Origin: Clostridiaceae bacterium | GTDB lineage: Bacteria; Bacillota; Clostridia; Peptostreptococcales; Tindalliaceae | Assembly: GCA_011390155.1 (NCBI GenBank) | Contig: JAABSW010000001.1 | Span: 58,953-122,952 of the forward strand | Length of the DNA stretch: 64,000 nucleotides | Direction of reading: 5' to 3' | Shown: positions 45,793 to 53,524 of the stretch, piece by piece | How positions within the stretch are numbered: position 1 is the first letter of the stretch | Layout of the letters: each line of letters starts with the position of its first letter | Program-made: the position numbers and the translations under genes | The notes under the pieces: generated by a model | Told to the model about the DNA's origin: nothing | The model's input: only the letters and a program-made list of their open reading frames with translations | Databases searched by the model: none

Positions 45793-46986
45793 ATGAGTGA
45801 AGCATGCAATATGAGCTGCAGTACTTGTGCAGAGGAATGCAATGACCGAAAGGAACCTATGGATTTGCACTTGAAGCCTCATGAAAACAGCAACATTGGT
45901 AAGGTGATCGGTGTTGTCAGTGGTAAGGGCGGGGTTGGCAAATCCCTGATAACTTCCATGTTGGCCGTTGCCATGGAGCGAAAAGGATACAGGGTAGGAA
46001 TTCTGGATGCGGATGTGACGGGACCATCAATACCGAAAGCATTTGGGATCCTGGGGAAAGCTGTTGGAAGTGAAAAAGGGATCTTGCCCATCCCCAGTGA
46101 AAAGGGGATCAACATTATGTCCATTAACCTACTCCTCCAGCATGATACCGATCCCGTGGTGTGGCGCGGTCCCATCATTGCCGGTACAGTGAAACAGTTT
46201 TGGACAGATGTGGTATGGGGTGATTTGGACTACCTGTTTATCGATATGCCTCCTGGAACGGGTGATGTGCCTTTGACGGTGTTCCAGTCAATTCCTGTGG
46301 ACGGTATCGTCATTGTGACTTCTCCCCAGGACCTGGTAAGCATGATCGTTTCAAAAGCTGTAAAAATGGCAGAAATGATGAAAATTCCTGTGCTTGGACT
46401 GGTTGAAAACATGGCCTGGTTCCAGTGTCCTGACTGTCATTCCAAACACTATCTCTTTGGGAAAAGCCATGTATCTGACATTGCAGACAAACATGGGCTG
46501 ACATTACTGGCCAGTGTACCCATCGATCCGGCCATTTCCCAGGCCTGTGATGAAGGTGTTATTGAATCGGTGCGAGGCCAGTGGATGGATCTTTTAGCAA
46601 GACATTTGGAAGGAAAGGATGAGAATACAATGAAAATAGCCGTTGCTGCTGATGGTCATCAAGTGTCTGGTCATTTTGGCCATTGTGAGGCATTCCAATT
46701 ATATGAAACCGTGGAAGGGAAAATAAGCCAGACAGAAACTCTTCCCAACCCCGGACATAAGCCAGGGTTTTTGCCCAACTACCTGCATGAAAAAGGCATC
46801 AATGTGATCATCTCCGGTGGTATGGGTGGAGGTGCCGTTGATCTTTTTAACGAAAATGATATTGAAGTGGTTACTGGAGCAGTAGGTGATGCAAAGGAAG
46901 TGGTGGAACGCTATTTACAGGGAGCTTTGCCATCCACCGGTTCAGTGTGTCATGAGCATGCTCATCATGACAGTTGCGGTCAGTGA
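45793..46986 (+). CDS. Mrp/ApbC/NBP35-type Fe-S carrier ATPase fused to a C-terminal NifX-like domain
   Basis: N-terminal CNMSCSTCAEEC, then SGKGGVGKS, then the CPDC motif (WFQCPDCHSKHYLFG). C-terminal MKIAVAADGHQVSGHFGHCEAFQLYE...VIISGGMGGGA. Confidence 0.8.
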   Translation: MSEACNMSCSTCAEECNDRKEPMDLHLKPHENSNIGKVIGVVSGKGGVGKSLITSMLAVAMERKGYRVGILDADVTGPSIPKAFGILGKAVGSEKGILPIPSEKGINIMSINLLLQHDTDPVVWRGPIIAGTVKQFWTDVVWGDLDYLFIDMPPGTGDVPLTVFQSIPVDGIVIVTSPQDLVSMIVSKAVKMAEMMKIPVLGLVENMAWFQCPDCHSKHYLFGKSHVSDIADKHGLTLLASVPIDPAISQACDEGVIESVRGQWMDLLARHLEGKDENTMKIAVAADGHQVSGHFGHCEAFQLYETVEGKISQTETLPNPGHKPGFLPNYLHEKGINVIISGGMGGGAVDLFNENDIEVVTGAVGDAKEVVERYLQGALPSTGSVCHEHAHHDSCGQ

Positions 46987-47089
46987 CCTTCTGAATTAAC
47001 ATCTTTCGTTGTAACACCAAGTTACCAGATATAAAAATATTGCCCGGTTCTCTCAGATGTTTACGTCATCGGGAGACACTGGGCAATGA

Positions 47090-47989
47090 TTATGTGGGGA
47101 GTTTTTCCAAGAGAAATTCCTTGAACCTGATTTCCATGGGTGACAATGAGCGGTATTTATGATGAACCAGGTAAAAATGGCGTTCCATTTCCAGATCCGG
47201 CAGCGGTATGGCATACAAAAGGCCATCATTTATCTCCTTTTCCACAGCTCTGCGTGACAGGATGGAGACCCCCATCCCTTTTACAACAAAAGTTTTAATG
47301 ACTTCAGTGTTTTCAATGTATCCAATAATGTTCAGTTCTTTAAGATGGTGTTTGCTTTTTTTCAGGGCGGCTTCGAACTCTTTACGGGTACCGGATCCAT
47401 GTTCGCGGAACAGGTATGGAAGGCTTACCAAGTCATTCCAGTCAGTATGCTTAAGAAGGTGCAAATAAGATTTGGTTGCAGGTGTAATCAGTACCAGTTC
47501 GTCTTCAACAAGTGGAAAAAATGACAGGTGATTGTGGGAACTGCGGCTGCCTACGATACCAATGTTATACTCTTCCGTTAAGATGCCTTCAATGATTTTT
47601 TCTGATGGAAGATGTGACATGGTGAGAACAACTTCCGGGTATTCCTGATGAAAAGCCACCAACAAATCTGGAAGAATATAACGTTCAGGAATGGTGCTGG
47701 CAGCAACTTCTACCTGTCCCACGAAGGTACCCCGGTATTCATCCAGTTTATACTGGGCATTTTCCTTTAAGGAAAGCAAATCAACAGCATAAGAATACAG
47801 CAGTTCTCCGGCGGGAGTCAGGGAAATTTGTTTACTGCTGCGATTAAGCAAAGTGGTTTTTAATTCTTTTTCCAAATTGATGATATGGCTGCTCAGGGTT
47901 GGTTGGGTTAAAAATAGATGATCTGCGGCTTTGGAATAACTTTTGTATTTGGAAATGGCCACAAAGGTTTCAAGTTGTTTGAAGTCCAT
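47090..47989 (-). CDS. LysR-family transcriptional regulator
   Basis: N-terminal HTH FVAISKYKSYSKAADHLFLTQPTLSSHIINLE. 299 aa. Divergent from the aminotransferase operon. Confidence 0.9.
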   Translation of the reverse strand: MDFKQLETFVAISKYKSYSKAADHLFLTQPTLSSHIINLEKELKTTLLNRSSKQISLTPAGELLYSYAVDLLSLKENAQYKLDEYRGTFVGQVEVAASTIPERYILPDLLVAFHQEYPEVVLTMSHLPSEKIIEGILTEEYNIGIVGSRSSHNHLSFFPLVEDELVLITPATKSYLHLLKHTDWNDLVSLPYLFREHGSGTRKEFEAALKKSKHHLKELNIIGYIENTEVIKTFVVKGMGVSILSRRAVEKEINDGLLYAIPLPDLEMERHFYLVHHKYRSLSPMEIRFKEFLLEKLPT

Positions 47990-48143
47990 CTGTTTACCTC
48001 CTGTATGTATGCGCTTAGCCTATTATATCACATAAATTTCGATTTTTTAGAGGAGTTAAGGGTATGATTGGCGAATAGTTTTATTGGCAGCTGAAACACT
48101 GGACCGTAGAATACCCTTTGTACTTTCAGATTGGGAGAGGAAG

Positions 48144-49280
48144 ATGACCATGAAAATTGATTTATTTAAAGTGGAAGACTGGATGAACCGCTATGAAACC
48201 AAAGCCATTCACAACCTGGCCGAAACTTGCGTGCATTCACTTACATTGCGAGAATTATTGAGCTATGATACATCGACGCCCAATGCACTTGAAAAACTTA
48301 TGGATCAACGTTTGACCTATGGTGATATTACGGGCAATCCGGTATTAAAAGAGGAATTATCTATGATGTACAACAAGGTTAGTGCGGATCAAATCCTTAC
48401 AACTCATGGTGCCATCGGCGCCAACCAACTGGTATTATTAACCTTGGTTGAACCTGGCGATCATGTGATTGTGGCGGTCCCCACCTACCAGCAGTTATAT
48501 TCCATCCCAGAGGCCATCGGCGCCACGGTGGACCGGCTGGAACTCAAGCCGGAAGAAGACTACCAGCCAAATGTGGAAATGTTAAAAGTCCTGGTGAAAC
48601 CGGAAACAAAACTCATCGTACTGAACAATCCTAATAATCCTACAGGAGCATTAATACCTGAAGCGTTATTGTTGGAAATCATTCAGGTAGCCAAAGAAAA
48701 CAATGCTTGGCTTTTTTGTGATGAAGTGTACCGGGGAATGCACCCAAGAGAATCGAAAATGGTGCCATCGGTGGTTGATTTGTATGATAAGGCTGTAGCT
48801 ACAGGCAGTCTGTCTAAAATTTTTTCCCTGGCCGGCTTGAGGTTGGGTTGGGTGGTTGGTCCAGCAGATTTTATCCAGAATTGCTTTCACCAGCGGGATT
48901 ACAACACCATCAGCTGCAGTATGGTGGATGAGGTACTGGGATTGATAGCTGTCAAAAATCGGCATAAAGTGTGGGAGCGAAATTTGGGGATGGTGAACGC
49001 CAATCTGGAGATCATAGACAATTGGGTCAATCATGAACCCAGGGTATCTTATGTTAAACCCAAAGCGGGCACCACAGCTTTTCTTAAAATCGACAGCAAC
49101 ATGAACATGGAGGAATTCTGCATCAAATTGATGGAAGAAACAGGCACCATGCTGGTGCCCGGCAGCTGCTTTGAACGGGAAGGCTATGTACGCATGGGGT
49201 ATGTGTGTGATGAGACGACACTGAAAAAAGGGTTGAATGAAATTTCCACTTTCCTCAAAAAGTATCCTGAGATAGAATAG
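48144..49280 (+). CDS. Class I/II PLP-dependent aminotransferase
   Basis: NNPNNPTG and SLSKIFSLAGLRLGW. Start set at the ATG at 48144 after GGGAGAGG. Confidence 0.8.
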   Translation: MTMKIDLFKVEDWMNRYETKAIHNLAETCVHSLTLRELLSYDTSTPNALEKLMDQRLTYGDITGNPVLKEELSMMYNKVSADQILTTHGAIGANQLVLLTLVEPGDHVIVAVPTYQQLYSIPEAIGATVDRLELKPEEDYQPNVEMLKVLVKPETKLIVLNNPNNPTGALIPEALLLEIIQVAKENNAWLFCDEVYRGMHPRESKMVPSVVDLYDKAVATGSLSKIFSLAGLRLGWVVGPADFIQNCFHQRDYNTISCSMVDEVLGLIAVKNRHKVWERNLGMVNANLEIIDNWVNHEPRVSYVKPKAGTTAFLKIDSNMNMEEFCIKLMEETGTMLVPGSCFEREGYVRMGYVCDETTLKKGLNEISTFLKKYPEIE

Positions 49281-49335
49281 AGTAGCTGATAAGTGCAAAA
49301 GCACAATCAATAGAGAAAAATCAGGAAGGGGCATC

Positions 49336-50535
49336 ATGATGGATCGAGTGGTAGGAACTGTTGTAAGAGGCATTAGAACACCCATTGTGCATGAGGGAGA
49401 TTCCATTGAAAAGATTGTGGTTGAGAGCATACTGAAGGCTTCAAAAGTGGAAGGTTTTTCACTCCGGGACAGGGATATTGTGGGAGTAACAGAATCAGTT
49501 GTGGCCAGAGCCCAGGGAAATTATGCCAGTGTGGACACCATTGCCAGGGACCTGAAGCATAAATTTGGAGGTGATACCCTGGGTGTCGTTTTTCCAATCC
49601 TAAGCCGGAATAGGTTTGCCATTTTACTTCGAGGTATTGCCAAGAGTACTAAGCATATTTTTCTGATGCTTAGCTATCCATCCGACGAAGTGGGCAATCA
49701 TCTTGTGGAACTGGATCAGTTGGACGAAAAAAACATCAACCCATGGGCGGATCATCTGACAGAAGAAGTCTTTCGCCAGGCATTTGGAGAAACCATTCAT
49801 CCCTTTACCGGGATCGATTATATTTCCTATTATCGTTCCTTGATCGAGGAAAGTGGAGCTTCTTGCACCATTCTCTTTTCGAACCAGCCTAAAACAATGG
49901 TTCTATACACTAAAAATGTACTGGCCTGTGATATTCATACAAGGGAACGCACCAAAAGGCAATTGTTGGCAGCCGGGGCTGAGAAAGTGTACTCCCTGGA
50001 TGACATTCTTTCTGCATCTGTTGATGGCAGTGGTTACAATCCAGAGTATGGTTTATTGGGCTCCAACAAAGCCACAGAAGAAACGGTGAAACTCTTCCCT
50101 AGAGACTGTCAACCTGTTGTTGATGGTATTCAGGAAATCTTGAAACAACGCACTGGAAAAGCCATTGAAGTAATGATCTATGGTGATGGTGCCTTTAAAG
50201 ACCCGGTGGGAAAAATCTGGGAACTGGCAGATCCAGTGGTATCTCCGGCCTACACCTCCGGGCTGGAAGGCACACCCAATGAGGTGAAAATCAAATACCT
50301 GGCTGACAACCAGTTTGCCGGATTAACAGGTGATGCCCTGCAAAAAGCCATTACTGAGCACATTCAGGGCAAAAAGGAAAACCTGACCGGTGCAATGGAA
50401 GCCCAGGGAACAACCCCAAGACGTTTAACAGACCTTATTGGGTCTTTGTGTGATCTAACCTCTGGAAGTGGAGACAAGGGCACGCCAGTGGTGTATATAC
50501 AGGGCTATTTTGATCATTATGCCACTAAGGTATAG
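49336..50535 (+). CDS. CofE-like (F420-0:gamma-glutamyl ligase fold) protein of unusual length, function unassigned
   Basis: IVGVTESVVARAQGNY... and an overall Gly-rich pattern resembling the CofE/FbiB-N family. The protein is 399 aa, whereas I recall CofE as roughly 250 aa. Confidence 0.5.
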   Translation: MMDRVVGTVVRGIRTPIVHEGDSIEKIVVESILKASKVEGFSLRDRDIVGVTESVVARAQGNYASVDTIARDLKHKFGGDTLGVVFPILSRNRFAILLRGIAKSTKHIFLMLSYPSDEVGNHLVELDQLDEKNINPWADHLTEEVFRQAFGETIHPFTGIDYISYYRSLIEESGASCTILFSNQPKTMVLYTKNVLACDIHTRERTKRQLLAAGAEKVYSLDDILSASVDGSGYNPEYGLLGSNKATEETVKLFPRDCQPVVDGIQEILKQRTGKAIEVMIYGDGAFKDPVGKIWELADPVVSPAYTSGLEGTPNEVKIKYLADNQFAGLTGDALQKAITEHIQGKKENLTGAMEAQGTTPRRLTDLIGSLCDLTSGSGDKGTPVVYIQGYFDHYATKV

Positions 50536-50561
50536 CAGGTCATGAGGGGAAGAGGGATTGG

Positions 50562-51839
50562 ATGAAATCATTACGCGAAGATGCGTTGGACATATTTAAT
50601 GTGGCAGTTCAGGCTGTGTTGCCGGAAACCGCTGTTAGAGGTGCTTTGGAAAAATGGCTGGATGGAAATGAGTTTGGGCTGGAAAATGGCAAGTTGGTCG
50701 TGATTGCCCTGGGTAAAGCCGCTTGGCGCATGGCTTCAGCCTCACATGAAATACTTGGGAAGTATATCACTACCGGCTTGGTGGTTACCAAGGACAATCA
50801 TTCACAAGGACCAATCCCTTCTTTTGAAATCATGGAAGCCAGCCATCCCGTTCCTGACCGGCGGTCTGTGATTGCAGGGGAAAAGGCTGTGGAGCTGGTG
50901 AAAAACCTGACGGAGAAAGACCATGTGATCATGTTGATTTCCGGAGGAGGGTCAGCACTTTTTGAAAAAACAATGGAGGGCGTGACACTGGATGAAATCA
51001 TGCTGGTCACTGAACAACTTATACAGCGTGGTGCCTCCATCGATGAAATCAACACCATCCGCAAGCGACTTTCGGCTGTGAAAGGCGGAAAGTTTGCCCA
51101 GTTATGCCAACCGGCAAAGATGTTCTCTATCATCTTATCAGATGTACTGGGAGACCGATTGGACGTCATTGCCTCAGGACCTGGCGTGCCTGACCACTCC
51201 ACATCTGTTGAAGCCAAAGAGATAGCAAAGAACTATGACCTTACCCTGAGTGAGATGGTAGAAAAAGCATTGGAATTGGAAACACCTAAGTCAATTCCAC
51301 ATCACGAAACAATGATCGCAGGAAATGTGAGCTTAATGTGTCACAGTGCTGCTGAAGAAGCATGGAAAAGAGGGTACAAACCCTTGGTGTTGACCACGAT
51401 ACTGGACTGTGAAGCCAGAGAGGCTGGAAAAATGTTGGCAGCCATGGCAAGGGAAATGCAACAAGACAGGGGCAAAGAAAACAAACTGACACCTCCCTGT
51501 GCTGTTGTTTTCGGCGGCGAGACCATTGTCCATGTCACGGGAGAGGGAAAAGGTGGCCGTAACCAGGAACTGGCTCTGTCAGCGGCTTTTGGCATTGAGG
51601 GCTTGGAAAGTGTTGTCATCCTGTCTGCTGGTTCTGATGGCACTGATGGCCCCACAGACGCCGCGGGAGGGCTGGTGGATGGACAGAGTCTTAGGCGGAT
51701 GCGAGATCAGGGAATACTGCCGGAAAAAAGCCTGACAGACAACGATTCTTATCATGCCCTTAAAGCCAGTGGAGATTTGGTGATGACAGGCCCCACAGGT
51801 ACCAATGTCAATGATTTGATGATGGTTTTATGCCGATAG
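50562..51839 (+). CDS. Glycerate 2-kinase (DUF4147/MOFRL family)
   Basis: LVVIALGKAAWRMA, LISGGGSALFE, GGETIVHVTGEGKGGRNQE and GTDGTDGPTDAAG. Confidence 0.8.
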   Translation: MKSLREDALDIFNVAVQAVLPETAVRGALEKWLDGNEFGLENGKLVVIALGKAAWRMASASHEILGKYITTGLVVTKDNHSQGPIPSFEIMEASHPVPDRRSVIAGEKAVELVKNLTEKDHVIMLISGGGSALFEKTMEGVTLDEIMLVTEQLIQRGASIDEINTIRKRLSAVKGGKFAQLCQPAKMFSIILSDVLGDRLDVIASGPGVPDHSTSVEAKEIAKNYDLTLSEMVEKALELETPKSIPHHETMIAGNVSLMCHSAAEEAWKRGYKPLVLTTILDCEAREAGKMLAAMAREMQQDRGKENKLTPPCAVVFGGETIVHVTGEGKGGRNQELALSAAFGIEGLESVVILSAGSDGTDGPTDAAGGLVDGQSLRRMRDQGILPEKSLTDNDSYHALKASGDLVMTGPTGTNVNDLMMVLCR

Positions 51840-51909
51840 CAATTACTGGTAAGACTAAAGAAATCTTTTCATTTTTGATCCAATGAGGTAAAATGGGGTT
51901 AGGCTCTTT

Positions 51910-51983
51910 GCGGGTGTAGCTCAGTGGCAGAGCCCCAGCTTCCCAAGCTGGTTACGAGGGTTCGATTCCCTTCACCCGCTCCA
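51910..51983 (+). tRNA. tRNA-Gly (anticodon CCC)
   Basis: GCGGGTG acceptor stem, D-arm GCTCAGTGGCAGAGC, anticodon stem-loop CCAGC-TTCCCAA-GCTGG, T-arm GAGGGTTCGATTCCCTT, and encoded CCA. 74 nt. Confidence 0.9.
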
Positions 51984-52008
51984 ATGGTCATCCAGTTTCT
52001 TGAAGTGT

Positions 52009-52030
52009 GCCGCTATAAATGCGGCTTTTT
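52009..52030 (+). terminator. Short terminator after tRNA-Gly
   Basis: GCCGC-TATAAAT-GCGGC followed by TTTTT. Confidence 0.55.
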
Positions 52031-52055
52031 ATTTTATCTGAGAGGAGAATGTGTT

Positions 52056-52823
52056 ATGAAAGTGTTTATTATAACAGGTGCATCCCGGGGTTTGGGGTGT
52101 GCGGTTGCCAGTACGTTGATCAACCGAGGTGGAAAAATACAGCTTATTTGTATTGCACGGAATGAAAATGCTGAACTGACAGAGAAAGCAAAGAACAGGG
52201 GAGTTGATTATAACTTTCTGGAAGCTGATTTATCAAAATTGGATGAGCTGGATAGTTTAATGAACAGGACATTCGCTTTAATCAAGAAAGATGAAGTGGA
52301 AGACATTTACCTGGTCAACAATGCAGGAACCGTACAACCCATCGCTCCCCTTGCGAAGTGCTCTTATGAAGACATTAAACAAAACATTGACATTAACCTG
52401 ACGGCACCCATGACCCTGTCATCAGCCTTTATCAAACACACCAGGGACTTGAATGTGGAAAAACGGGTGGTCACCGTGTCCTCTGGGGCCTCCAAACGAG
52501 CCATTTACGGATGGAGTGCTTATTGCAGTGCCAAAGCAGGAGTTAATATGTTCACAGCCTGTGCAGCAGAAGAGGAAAAAGACCAGGCCCATGGGGTTGG
52601 TTTTATCGCTTTTTCACCAGGGGTTATGGACACCGACATGCAGGTGACCATTCGCAGTGCAAGTAAGGAGAATTTTAAACCTGTTGATGATTTCAGAGAA
52701 CTTAAAGAAGAGGGTAAATTGCGTCCGGCCGCTGTGGTAGCGGATCAATTGCTGCAGGTGTTGTTGACAACTGAGTTTCCCAATGGAAAATTTGTAGACA
52801 TTAAGGATTTGGTTGAAGAATAG
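52056..52823 (+). CDS. Short-chain dehydrogenase/reductase (SDR)
   Basis: ITGASRGLG, NNAG and YCSAK catalytic motif. The track ORF start at 51924 overlaps the tRNA and is rejected. RBS GAGAGGAG precedes the ATG at 52056. Confidence 0.85.
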   Translation: MKVFIITGASRGLGCAVASTLINRGGKIQLICIARNENAELTEKAKNRGVDYNFLEADLSKLDELDSLMNRTFALIKKDEVEDIYLVNNAGTVQPIAPLAKCSYEDIKQNIDINLTAPMTLSSAFIKHTRDLNVEKRVVTVSSGASKRAIYGWSAYCSAKAGVNMFTACAAEEEKDQAHGVGFIAFSPGVMDTDMQVTIRSASKENFKPVDDFRELKEEGKLRPAAVVADQLLQVLLTTEFPNGKFVDIKDLVEE

Positions 52824-52851
52824 ATTTGATCACTATTAAGACATAAAAAAC

Positions 52852-52881
52852 GGCCTGAGATTTATAATCAGGCCATTTTTT
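52852..52881 (+). terminator. Rho-independent terminator after the SDR gene
   Basis: GGCCTGA-GATTTATAA-TCAGGCC followed by ATTTTTT. Confidence 0.75.
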
Positions 52882-53384
52882 ACGGCTAAATGTGCCTGCT
52901 TATCACTTGATTCCATAATAGATGATGAAGAGAACCTCGTTGCTAAATAACACATTCTTAGATACCCAAAAAGCACTTTCAAAAGATAAAAAATAATGCT
53001 CACTGCGAAATTAAATTGACATATGTTAACAACATATGTTTAAAACAAACATGCAGGGATATATAACCAAGGAATAAACAGGATTCTTAGCTTCTGGTGG
53101 CGTTTTAACTCCATCAGAAGGTTAGAATGCCTTATCCATAAGTAGATGGCCCAAATGTACCATTTGGTGGCAGATACTTAGTTTGTTCACCAGGGACGTA
53201 GCACCGCTTATCTCCCTCTTGCAGTAGAGGGAATCTTAGCGGTGGTAGTCATCGGATAAAATTTTCCTTCTTTGTTTAGAATTTAACTATTAAATGTCTG
53301 ATAACTTGCCTAATCATAATATGATAGGAAGCAATGAATTTCAGATTATATTTGGACGCTTGATCTGAAAGGAGCAAATAGCGT

Positions 53385-53410
53385 AACCGGCCTGGTTCAG
53401 GCCGGTTTTT
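53385..53410 (+). terminator. Intrinsic-terminator-like hairpin inside the leader of the giant gene (possible attenuator)
   Basis: AACCGGCCTG-GTT-CAGGCCGGTT followed by TTT. Lies 115 nt upstream of the ATG at 53525. Confidence 0.55.
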
Positions 53411-53524
53411 GCGTTGGTGGGTCGGCGGACTACTGATTTGCCAGGGGGGGTGGGCGAGTTCATACCAAACAGGATCTTTACCTGTCGTGCGGTGTTTCAC
53501 GTACTCTGGACAAGGAGGGAAAAA

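Noticed and set aside
48666-49430. 254-aa minus-strand ORF
   Set aside because: It is antisense to the aminotransferase and to the CofE-like gene start. It has no motif content and no RBS.
51924-52055. N-terminal extension of the SDR ORF in the track (MAEPQLPKLVTRVRFPSPAP...)
   Set aside because: This stretch is the tRNA-Gly gene and its terminator read as protein. The real start is the ATG at 52056, which has an RBS.
51910-53524. tRNA-Gly followed by accessory-looking genes, as a possible integrated island
   Set aside because: I could find no integrase or recombinase, no direct repeat of the tRNA 3' end, and no mobility genes.
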